Assembly: GCF_006345805.1 (NCBI RefSeq)
Contig: NC_043006.1
Coordinates: 2,232,001-2,296,000 of the forward strand
Origin: Octopus sinensis
Taxonomy: Eukaryota
Direction: 5' to 3'
Length of the DNA stretch: 64,000 bases
Within the stretch, counting starts at the first letter, position 1, and each line of letters starts with the position of its first letter. Shown piece by piece: positions 1 through 10,251 of the stretch. The notes below the pieces were generated by a model. It was not told where the DNA came from. It did not search any database and worked only from the letters and a program-made list of their open reading frames with translations. The position numbers and the translations under genes are program-made.

Positions 1-788
1 GGGGTATGTTGTGGAAGAGTGGTAATCAGGCTGTGAGGGAGAAGAAGTGGAGAGAGAGTACACAAGGAGAGGTAAATAGAAACGTGGTATTTGCTTAGGT
101 GGATACTGAAGAAAATGGAGGCGAAAGAGGAAGAAAAACGAAGACAGTGGCAGAAGAGGAAGATGAAAAAATGAGAAAGAAGAAGAGAAACTGTTATTAT
201 TATTCCTTAGATTCTCACCACACCCCCACCCTATCTAAGTCATCTACGATCAAGCAGACCTGTAATCAAAGGCATTCCAGCCATGACCATCCTGTCTTGT
301 TCACTAGGAATAGTACAGTGCATCTATGATCTTTTTAACTAATGAGTTTTTGTTTTGTTCTGTTTAGTGTTTTTAAAGACAGTCGGGTGTAACAGAAAGG
401 GAACTTGGCTGCTGTTTCTAGCCAGTTTGAGTTACCACTTTGAAGCTCTGTTATTTGACTCAGAGACAAGCAGGAGGAGAAGACAAAAGAGGAGGAGGAG
501 GAGAAAGGGGAGGAAGTGTAAGTATAAAAAGTTGCAGTGAAAGATAATAGCTTTAAAAGCCATTAATAAGGGCAACACACAAGTGAAAACATATGGCTGT
601 CCCTAGAATTCTCAGTCAACCAACTGAAAAAAAACTTCCATGTAAATTATTCTAAGTCACTGTTTTACATTTTTTAGTGCGATTCTGCTCTGTAGGAAGG
701 GTCACTGAAGCTTACTGCATATTGACTTAGCTGGTTTTTACCTCTTCTTTTCTTTTTCTTTTACGCATACATACATATACACATATGT

Positions 789-805
789 GTGTGTGTGTGT
801 GTATG

Positions 806-884
<79 letters not shown>

Positions 885-900
885 TTATATGTATGTATGT
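789..900. repeat. (GT)n/(TA)n microsatellite; representative of dozens of TA/CA tracts across the window
   Basis: Direct reading. Similar tracts at about 1596-1860, 23520-23570, 27400-27860, 30975-31105, 36970-37150, 37590-37880, 44060-44380, 45470-45685, 63760-63917. Confidence 0.95.
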
Positions 901-1449
901 ATGTATTGACTTAGAATCACTGCAGTCATGAAGGTCCCTTGAGAGATGGCATGTAATAGGGAAAAAAAATAATAAATAAAATAAAATAAAAATCGAAAAA
1001 AAAAAAGGGGGTCGGCAGAGCAGAAGAAGAGATTGGCGCTTATAACAAGACTAACTAAAATAGCATAAGACAAAAACATAAAAGAATAAAATGAAAATAA
1101 ATATGCAATCAAAGAATAAATCAAAATGGTTTTATAAGGAATCCGTAGTCATCGCAATTAGCAAATTTATACTCTTTCTGGATTTACTTTTATCCATTTT
1201 TTGGAAAAATTTTCTTTTAAATATTTAAAAATATTTATCTTCTTTCTTTCTCCCACCTTCCCTCACTCCCACCCTCTGTCTGTCTGTCTGTCGGTCCCTC
1301 TAACTATGTTAGTCTTTCTCTCTCTCTCTTTCTCTCTTCACCCCCACCACCTTCCCTTTCACTAAACTGTTTCTGCTTTCCACCCAGGGTTTGTTTGGTA
1401 TGATGAAGTAATGGGAAAGAAATGATAGAAATCTTTCGGGGGGGGGTTT

Positions 1450-1496
<47 letters not shown>

Positions 1497-1596
1497 CTTC
1501 TTTCCTTCCCTCTCATTCTCCCTTTTTTCTCTTTTTATGTCTCATTTTCTTCTCTGTTTGTCTATCTGATTTCTCTGTGTGTATGCCGTTTATGTG

Positions 1597-1649
<53 letters not shown>

Positions 1650-1751
1650 TTGATGATGATGATGATGATGATGATATTGATAGATAGATAGACTGATAGA
1701 TATAAATAGATAGACATAGATATATAAACACATATGTGTGTGTATGTGTGC

Positions 1752-1850
<99 letters not shown>

Positions 1851-2280
1851 TACATACGCACACGCACACACACTCTCTCTCTCTCTCACACACACACACA
1901 AATGTATCTGAACTTCCGGCATGTAGATCACATTGATCTATGTTAAATACATTTCAATAAAGATTTCTCTCCAAAGACACACCAACGCCACCCTTTCCGT
2001 TCCACATCTTTTGGAAAGAAGGAGGAGGAATAGGATGGGGGTGGGGGTGGGGTTAAGACAGAAGTCACATATTCTATTGCATTAACCGAATTATACCATT
2101 CCTAATAGAAGAAGTGGGGGGGGGGGGACGAGCACTGAATGGGTGTGGTGCTTGAATAAGTAGTAAAATTCCTAAACCATAGTTCTTGAGTTCAGGATCA
2201 CCCCCAGGTATTATTTTGGGTTTTATTTGAGAAATTAAGCATGGAAAAGTAAATTCTAAAATGATAATGATGTTAATGCT

Positions 2281-2310
<30 letters not shown>

Positions 2311-2313
<3 letters not shown>

Positions 2314-2629
2314 CAAAATAAGCCACAAGTATATCTGAGGTAATGTGGTACGATCGTTTCATGCTACTTCATTTTATTAAACATTGTAAGCATTACATCA
2401 GTTTTAAAATGTCGAGCAATCTTCAGCCACCTTTAGAAATCTTGCAAACAACCGTACAATGCACATTCTTATCCCTAATTCATTTGCCAACATTATAAAG
2501 AGGGTAGATATATAGACAGAGAGGTTGATTTCCTCCAATCACCCTGTCGAATTATATGGATAATACCCTACAAAATTCTGGTGCCTTTGACTTAAGTACC
2601 ATATTCATCTGAATCTAAATTTTACTGAA

Positions 2630-2631
<2 letters not shown>
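2311..2631 (-). mobile_element. Non-autonomous hammerhead-bearing repeat, family A (rearranged copy)
   Basis: Shares AATCAAAATAAGC...CTTCAGCCAC and GAATTATATGGATAATACC...TTTACTGAAC blocks with 2971-3401 and 6503-6905; flanked by (TA)n. Confidence 0.75.
2345..2430 (-). ncRNA. Type I hammerhead-like ribozyme motif, family A
   Basis: Minus strand reads GTGG-CTGAAGA-long stem II-GAAA-CGATCG-TA-CCAC. Stem I GTGG/CCAC, palindromic stem III ACGATCGT, GUA triplet. Confidence 0.7.
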
Positions 2632-2677
<46 letters not shown>

Positions 2678-2751
2678 ATATACACACACACATATATATT
2701 GTCAGTGAATCATATATCCAAACAAGAAGCACACTCTAAGGCATAGAGCAG

Positions 2752-2939
2752 TAATGTATTTATGTGCAGTTAAGTATATGTCCATTCATAGAGTGACCAA
2801 TGGTTTCACATCCATAGAGGGCCTAGCTTTATGGATGGCTTTGTCATTAGAGTCTGATGAGCTGTTCATAAAGTTAGGCAGTTTATGGATGTGAAAGCAT
2901 TGGTCACTCTAAGACCAGGAATATACTTAACAGTATATA

Positions 2940-2948
<9 letters not shown>
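2752..2948. mobile_element. About 200-bp imperfect palindromic repeat carrying a hammerhead (family B)
   Basis: Arms about 2752-2840 and 2860-2948 are reverse complements (GAGTGACCAATGGTTTCACATCCATA vs TATGGATGTGAAAGCATTGGTCACTC). Confidence 0.7.
2847..2912 (+). ncRNA. Type I hammerhead ribozyme motif, family B
   Basis: TTAGAGT-CTGATGA(2854-2860)-stem II-GAAA(2893-2896)-GCATTG-GTC(2903-2905)-ACTCTAA. Perfect 7-bp stem I. One stem III mismatch (G2897), which is C in the inverted arm. Confidence 0.75.
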
Positions 2949-2972
<24 letters not shown>

Positions 2973-3004
2973 ATCAAAATAAGCAACAAGAATATCCAGA
3001 GGTA

Positions 3005-3093
3005 ATGCAGTACAATCGTTTCATGCAAATCCATTTAATTAAACAATGCAATCATTACATCAATTTAAAATGTAGAACAATCTTCAGCTGCAT
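3005..3093 (-). ncRNA. Hammerhead-like motif, family A (inverted arm)
   Basis: Minus strand ATGCAG-CTGAAGA...GAAA-CGATTG-TA-CTGCAT. Confidence 0.65.
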
Positions 3094-3180
3094 AAAAAAG
3101 TTTAGAATTTAGTTAAATTCGAAGGATTCATTTGTATAATTTTCTTTTTATCCAAAATCCCAACTAAATTCTATATTTTT

Positions 3181-3269
3181 ATGCAGCTGAAGATTGCTCT
3201 ACATTTTAAATTGATGTAATGATTGCATTGTTCAATTAAATGGAGTTGCATGAAACGATCGTACTGCAT
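3181..3269 (+). ncRNA. Type I hammerhead-like ribozyme motif, family A (best copy)
   Basis: ATGCAG(3181-86)-CTGAAGA(3187-93)-stem II (TGC/GCA, CTC/GAG, CATTT/AAATG, AATTGA/TCAATT)-GAAA(3252-55)-CGATC-GTA(3261-63)-CTGCAT(3264-69). Confidence 0.75.
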
Positions 3270-3414
3270 TACCTCTGGATATCCTTGTTGCTTATTTTGA
3301 TTATAATCACCCCATTTTGAATTATATGGATAATACCATACTAAATTCTGGTGCCTTTAACTTAAGTACCATATTCATCTGAATCTAAATTTTACTGAAC
3401 TTATATATACATAC

Positions 3415-3477
<63 letters not shown>

Positions 3478-3478
<1 letters not shown>

Positions 3479-3860
3479 GCCATTATTCTGGCTATCCTTT
3501 GAGGTCAAGGGTGATGGTCATTGGAAGTAGAGGAGCTGCTTAAGTAACTGGACACCATGACCATTCCATCTCAGCTGTTTCTGGATGACAATAGCTTCAA
3601 TGGAGGTCATTGGCTTCTTCCAACACATTGAAGTTTGTCCATTTTTCTTTGCAGTGGATGTTGAGAATTCTTTGAAGGCAGCATTGGTTGGTGCCTTTTA
3701 GGAACTTTTATGTGTCTCCTGCTTGTAGTCCATGTCACAGATGCATACAAGAGTCTGGAGATGACCACTGCCTTGAATACCATCATTTTTGTGTCTGTTC
3801 AAATGTCTCAATCCTGGAAGAATCTTTTTTGGAGACGGCCAAAAGCAGCACCAAAAGGCC
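3478..3860 (-). mobile_element. Decayed RTE/BovB-like LINE, C-terminal coding fragment
   Basis: Minus translation AFGRLQKRFFQD*DI*TDTKMMVFKAVVISRLLYASVTWTTSRRHIK matches the post-RT region of RTE-clade ORFs (LLYxxETWT motif). Confidence 0.75.
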
Positions 3861-4646
3861 TGGTTAGGGGAACCGGAAGAATCGAAGCAAGGAGTAGCCG
3901 TGGTGTGTCAGTTAAATGACTCCTAGCTAAGGAGACTGCATGCCATGCATCAAATGGGCAGGGATAGGACCCTGGATCTCACCAGGAGGATTGACACCAA
4001 CGTTACCAGATGGAACATCCAAAGGTAGTTGGGAACTGCGACGGGTGTCAATCCATCGATCCTGCTCCGGGAATCGTTTCAGTAGAGCACAACTGGAGAC
4101 GATTAGCAGTGGGAGAGGAAGTCTGGGTGAAGCCACCAAAGGCTGCACAACTCAGTGGAAGAGTGGAATAGTGATGGCTGTCAATTCCAAAAACAACATC
4201 CCTGTGGATGGAATGCCGTGTCATGTCTTGGATGTTGGTAGGATTGTTGTTTCGTCGGATGATGAGAAGAGGAAGAGAATGAGGTTCCCAGATCACACTG
4301 TGCAGGGCGCCCACTCGGGTGGGCAGTAGATTTCAACATGGAGTGAAGTGAGGAGGTGATCTTTGAGATCAGTGGGGGGGGCATGTGGGGACGAGCTGGA
4401 AGAAGTGGGCCATGATGTCAATGGTCAAAGGACAGACCAGAAGAGGAAGCGTGAGAAGGGAAGTGCGGGGGGGGGGCAGGACAGAGTTGTCCTCTTTTGG
4501 CCGGCCGAGACATTGCAAATGAACATGAGGGAACTCGCTCTCAGGTTGGTGAGATAGCAGCTGCTTGGCAGGATCGCCAGAGTGACCACTGCTAGATGGG
4601 CACAGACGAGAGAGGAAGGTAGATGAACCTCTTTTCATTTCCCACA
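3861..4646 (+). mobile_element. Gypsy-type LTR retrotransposon fragment: integrase zinc finger fused to C-terminus, probable 3' LTR 4384-4646
   Basis: With two frameshifts: LHAMHQMGRDRTLDL..., VVGNCDGCQSIDPAP...NWRRLAVGEEVWVKPP, GCTTQWKSGIVMAVNSKNNIPVDGMPCHVLDV. G-rich tract, then TGTGGGGA(4384)...TTTCCCACA(4646). Confidence 0.7.
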
Positions 4647-4862
4647 CACAACAGTTTACAAGAATTTTCTGCATGTAGGAGTTTAGGTATTGGTATTCAC
4701 ATTCAATTAAGGTTGGGATGTTGAGGAGTATCATATGTGTAAGGTTTTTTTTCTGACTCATGGATTCTTAGATGACTATACACACACACACAAACACACA
4801 CACACACACACAAATACACACACACACACACGTGCACACACACACACACACACACACACATA

Positions 4863-6097
4863 CAAACAAGCAGGAAGTAAATAGACACCTTTAATTTTCA
4901 TAATTTCTGATCTAAGTTTCTTAATATGTTTTCAGTGGTGTAGAATTTACAATGTAATTATTCTTTTTCATTCCAGGTGCCATTATATTAAACATTAGTG
5001 AAGAGTAACCATGGCATGTACAAGAAATTCAGCAGAACTGTCAGGTTTTCAAAGAGGTCGTATTGTTGGGTAAGCTGAGGCTGGTCTTAACCAGTAAAAA
5101 ATTGCTGAAAATCTTCAAATTCCTCTTGCTACTATTAATAGAATTATAGTGCCATTCAAAAGCCAAGGAAAAGAAGCAACAGATTCTCGTCCCAGCCGAC
5201 CTGGGCCCTTGGAAAGGAAGCTTCACTGTTTGAAGAGAATTGTGGAAAACGAAACCCCGTTCGAAGGCTTCTAACATTGCAAAACAGCTACAAGTTAGTC
5301 CAAGAACGTGTGTTATATATCTGCATAAGCTTGGGTATTATGGACGAGCAGTGAGAAGAAAACCTCTCCTTCAACCATGAAAAGAAAAAAATGGGCTAAG
5401 GAGATGTCAGAAAAATCCAGTTCATTTTGGGATAGAGTGATTTTCTCAGATGAATCCAGATTTGCATTATTTTCAGACAGTGGACGTGTTTGAGTTCTGG
5501 ACACTGCCCAATCAAGAATTTGATTTGAAATGACTCCAACCAACTGTGAAACATGGCGCTATCTCTGTAATGGTATGGGGAGCTGTCACTAGCAATGGTC
5601 ATTCTGAGCTGATCGAATGTGTTGGAACCATAAACTCTGAAAAATACATCAAAATACTTAAGCAAGGACTTCTTCTGAAGTATGCATATGATAGCATAAT
5701 GAGTTTTTATTCATGGAAGATGGGGCTCCATGCCACACAGCAAAAAGGAATCAAAAAAAGGTTGATTGAAAATGGAATCAAAAAGCTTCCTTGGCCGAGC
5801 CAATCTTCTGAAATGAACCCAATTGAAAATCTTTGGAGCATACTAGATAGAGCTATACAGAAAACTCGACAGAAACCTAAATCTAAAGATGAATTGTTTT
5901 GATGGTTGCATTATCACAAAACTCATCAGTCCAATGCCAAAAAGAGTTTCTGAATTAAAAACTGCAGAGGGAATGTCAACTAAATACTAAAGTATGGAGT
6001 CCTACCTATCGATTACATTTCAATTGTTTCACTTTGCACATTAAATAAAAGATTTTGAAAATTAAAGGTGTCTGTTTACTTCCTGCAGGTCGGTGTG
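4863..6097 (+). mobile_element. Full-length Tc1/mariner (DD34E-type) DNA transposon relic, 1235 bp
   Basis: About 40-bp imperfect TIRs (GCAGGAAGTAAATAGACACCTTTAATTTTCA vs TGAAAATTAAAGGTGTCTGTTTACTTCCTGC); TA on both flanks (4861-62, 6098-99). Confidence 0.85.
5011..5990 (+). pseudogene. Tc1 transposase pseudogene
   Basis: MACTRNSAELSGFQRGRIVG*..., [53 protein letters not shown], ending ...EGMSTKY*. Several stops and frameshifts. Confidence 0.9.
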
Positions 6098-6304
6098 TAT
6101 ATAACGGCAGAATAAACATGGGCGTAAACTTGGTATTACTTTATTGCAATGTGTTACATATGTTACAGCTTTTCTCAGACCACATTGAGTCCCTTAGGGA
6201 TCAAGGGATCAGGCAACAGCCGGGATTTAATGGGATTACTATTAAGAGCCACTACGTGAATGGTAAACTTGCCACTCACTGAACTCATTCAGTCTCACTT
6301 TTAA

Positions 6305-6309
<5 letters not shown>

Positions 6310-6345
<36 letters not shown>

Positions 6346-6472
6346 TACATACGTATATACTGTTATAATAGAAACTGCAATTCTTGTTAAATATTGCTAC
6401 CCAGGGTTTCCTAGTCAAAACAAGAATTTATTTCATCACTTTTCAAGATGATAACAAGCCTGTTTGTCAGTT

Positions 6473-6503
<31 letters not shown>

Positions 6504-6912
6504 GTTCAGCAAAATTTAGATTCAGATGAATATGGTACTTAAGTTAAAGGCACCAGAATTTTTTATGGTATTATCCATATAAATCAAATGGGGTGATTAT
6601 AATCAAAATAAGCAACAAGGATATCCAAGGTAGTGTAGTACAATTGTTTCATGCTATTTCATTTTATTAAACACTGTAAGTATTACATCAGTTTTAAAAT
6701 GTCGAGCAATCTTCAGCCACATATAGAATTTTTCAATTAAACGGACAATGCACATTCTTATGCATTGTCTATTTAGTTGAAAAATTCTATACGTGGCTGA
6801 AGATTGCTTGACATTTTAAAACTGATGTAATACTTACAGTGTTTAATAAAATGAAATAGCATGAAACGATTGTACCTTGGATATCCTTATTGCTTATTTT
6901 GATTTATATATA

Positions 6913-6954
<42 letters not shown>

Positions 6955-7537
6955 TACATACGTATATACTGTTATAATAGAAACTGCAATTCTTGTTAAA
7001 TATTGCTACCCAGGGTTTCCTAGTCAAAACAAGAATTTATTTCATCACTTTTCAAGATGATAACAAGCCTGTTTGTCAGTTACTTTATATATATATATAT
7101 TATATATATATATATATTATATATATATATATGTTCAGCAAAATTTAGATTCAGATGAATATGGTACTTAAGTTAAAGGCACCAGAATTTTTTATGGTAT
7201 TATCCATATAAATCAAATGGGGTGATTATAATCAAAATAAGCAACAAGGATATCCAAGGTAGTGTAGTACAATTGTTTCATGCTATTTCATTTTATTAAA
7301 CATTGTAAGTATTACATCAGTTTTAAAATGTCGAGCAATCTTCAGCCACATATAGAATTTTTCAATTAAACGGACAATGCACATTCTTATGCATTGTCTA
7401 TTTAGTTGAAAAATTCTATACGTGGCTGAAGATTGCTTGACATTTTAAAACTGATGTAATACTTACAGTGTTTAATAAAATGAAATAGCATGAAACGATT
7501 GTACCTTGGATATCCTTATTGCTTATTTTGATTTATA

Positions 7538-7555
<18 letters not shown>
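6310..7555. repeat. Tandem duplication of about 629 bp, each unit containing a family A foldback element
   Basis: About 6310-6930 and 6940-7555 are nearly identical apart from TA-tract lengths and ACACTGT vs ACATTGT. Confidence 0.85.
6503..6905 (-). mobile_element. Foldback family A element; hammerhead-like motifs at 6634-6721(-) and 6793-6876(+), duplicated at 7263-7350(-) and 7422-7505(+)
   Basis: Reverse-complement layout of 2971-3401; arms about 6600-6735 and 6775-6905. Confidence 0.8.
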
Positions 7556-7578
<23 letters not shown>

Positions 7579-8137
7579 TGTGTGTGTGTGCTCATCATCA
7601 TAATCCTTTATTGTCAGTGTTCTCTGCTGGCCTTGGTTGGGTGATTTGACAGGATATAATGTGTCAAAAGACTAAAGGACAGCATCATGCTCCAACTTCA
7701 ATGCTTGCTTTGGCACGGGTTCTATGGTGGATGAAGTCCCTCCTTAATATCAACCACTTTACAGTGAAGGCAGAATACTTTTCATCTGTGCATAGAGAGT
7801 GAAATCAAGCATAGTTTTCATTTAACCAAATTCCACTCACAATGTACTGGCTTATCTGAGGCTATAGGGTAAAACTGTTGCCCAAGGTGCCATAGGGTGG
7901 GATCGAACCCAAAAGTGTGTGTTTGGAAAGTAAATTTCTTCGGCACACAGCCATGTCTCTGCCCACTTAGTGGGGGGACATAATTAAGCATCACATGGTT
8001 GGTGCTCTCAGTTTTTCTGTCTCTGTAACAGCACCACCCTTAAAGAGAGGAAATATTACCATTCTCTTAGAACTGTTGAGACTGTTTAGAAGTCTTCAAC
8101 TAAAGCTGTGTAGTTTATTTATTGTTCCTCAACTCAG

Positions 8138-8186
8138 TATGGTGCCAAGAACATTGCTGAACCAATCATCCTGGATCAAAGAAATG
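8138..8186 (+). CDS. Candidate 49-nt internal exon of an unidentified host gene (YGAKNIAEPIILDQRN-G, or an alternative open frame)
   Basis: Pyrimidine-rich acceptor TTATTGTTCCTCAACTCAG|, donor ATG|GTAAAT, open frame, non-repetitive sequence. No homology recognised. Confidence 0.35.
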
Positions 8187-8485
8187 GTAAATGTGTTTTT
8201 AAGAACTCTCATAAGAAAACAGTCTCTAATTGTGTTTTTTTTATTATTCGGATTGAATAATTAAGAACTCACAGAGTGTTAGAGGTAGTGAGGTGGTTTG
8301 AAGTGCTATGTCCTTAATGTAATAGGTTGTGAGTTCAAACTGGTCTTCACCCCACTGTGGTCAGTTTCTGTAAATGACATTATTGTCGTTATAGGACGCA
8401 TTTCTCAGACCAATGCTACATCACTGTGACCACTGCCATGACAACAAAAATCGTCAACCACAATCATCATTTACACCATCTAAAT

Positions 8486-8747
8486 CATGCATGGGCAACC
8501 TGTGGCCCATGCGCAACCTGCGGCCCTCGACATATTGTTGTGCGGCCCTCAACGAGTTTCTAGATTACTAATTTCATTCTATGACAAATAAACTTTCGTA
8601 ATAAGACAAATGAAATTAAGAAGAACTGCAAAACATTCAGCGTAAAGTGGGTGAGTAATATTTCATGCCTATGTGTTTTATTATGCGGCCCTCTCCCACT
8701 TGGATGAAGCGGGGGAGCCCCAGTTGATGAAAAGTTGCCCATCCCTG
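8486..8747. mobile_element. hAT (Charlie/MER58-like) MITE, 262 bp
   Basis: TIRs CATGCATGGGCAAC / GTTGCCCATCCCTG; exact 8-bp TSD ATCTAAAT at 8478-8485 and 8748-8755; internal GCGGCCC motifs. Confidence 0.85.
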
Positions 8748-8759
8748 ATCTAAATCATG

Positions 8760-9115
8760 TCAGTAGCAGTAGTAGCAGCAACAGCACCACCACCACCAAC
8801 AACAACAATACTACCAGTAACACTACCATCATCAGTATCTATGCCATCTAAATCACATCACTGTCATCACCACCACCACCAGCAGCAGCAACAGCAGCAG
8901 CAACAGCAGCAGCAGCACTACCACAATAACTACCACTAACACTGCCGCCACCACCACCACCACCACTACTATCACTAATACTGACACCAGCAGCAGCATC
9001 AGAAGCAGCAACACCACTACCACCACCACCACCACCACCACCACCACCACTACCACCATCACCACCACCATCACACCACCACCACCACCACCACCACCAC
9101 CACTACTTCTGCCAC
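8760..9115. repeat. (CAC/CAG/CAA)n trinucleotide low-complexity tract
   Basis: Direct reading; source of the polyQ/polyH/polyV ORFs. Confidence 0.9.
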
Positions 9116-9766
9116 TGCTACCTTTCTCAAGCCAAACACCCTTATACCTATCTTCCCCCTTTCCCTTGCCCATTCCATCAATGGTTATTCCAGAGAGGAA
9201 GGACTCGATCCAAAGAGATTACCATGTGTTCCTGCTAAAATAACCAGACTTTGGTGGAATGGGGTTGGCAGCAGCAGGGGCTGAAAAATGCATAAATAAA
9301 TAAATATAACAAAAAAGATGAATAAACATGAATAAATAAAATATGATGGGAAGAACAACAATAAATAAATCTATAAATAGGTGAAGACCCGGCGGTGCTT
9401 GAGATGCTTGTTTCTTAACAAAGTGGTCTTGGGTTCCATTCCCCTGCATGGTACCTTGACCAAGGGCCTTCCACTATATCCCTAGGCTAGACAAAGATTC
9501 ATGCAAGGATTTAGTAAACAGAAATTGTGTGGAAGCCCATCATGTATGTATGTATGTATATATATACATACATACATATATTTTTAATAATATATTATTA
9601 TTATAAATATAAGGAAATTAATATCCAAACTCTTCATAAAGATATACCTGTGTAAAAGAACTGTATTACAAATATATATAAATAAATAGATATAAAAATA
9701 TAAATATAATGTATAAAATGAATTTGATAGTTTAATAATATTCTTATTGAATATATTTACGTAAAG

Positions 9767-9809
<43 letters not shown>

Positions 9810-9917
9810 GTATGTATATATATATACCTATATACGTATATATACACACACACACACACACATATATATACTCACATATACATATATGTAATATATGTGG
9901 TGTGTGTATGTGTATGT

Positions 9918-10144
9918 ATCGTCATCATCGTTTAACGTCCGCTTTCCATGCTGGCATGCGTTGGATGGTTTGACTGAGGGCTGGCAAGCTAGAAGGCTGC
10001 ACCAGGTTCCAATCCGATCTGGCACTGTTTCTATAGCTGGATGCCCTTCCTAATGCCAACCACTCAAGAGTGTAGTGAGTGCCTTTTACGTGCCACTGGC
10101 ACTGATGCCAATCAGGCAGTACTATCAGTGGCCACTACAACAAC

Positions 10145-10146
<2 letters not shown>
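9918..10146 (-). mobile_element. RTE LINE 3'-UTR fragment with (GAT)n tail
   Basis: CATCATCGTTTAACGTCCGCTTTCCATGC... is the reverse complement of the 3' end of the LINE at 52050-52124. Confidence 0.85.
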
Positions 10147-10213
<67 letters not shown>

Positions 10214-10251
10214 GTATGTATATAGATAGATAGATAGATAGACAGTCATAG

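Larger units (their letters stand above)
2971..3401 (+). mobile_element. Foldback family A element (inverted partial copy + forward copy)
   Basis: 2971-3100 is the reverse complement of about 3170-3303. The 3304-3401 tail is shared with 2540-2631 and, inverted, with 6503-6599. Confidence 0.8.

Noticed and set aside
99-329. Charged ORF MDTEENGGERGRK...
   Set aside because: Purine-rich low-complexity sequence with a GTG start; no recognisable domain or convincing splice pair.
6391-6450. GAAACCCTGGGTA palindromic stem-III-like motif (related string at about 12180-12225)
   Set aside because: CUGANGA is degenerate and no stem I is found in either copy.
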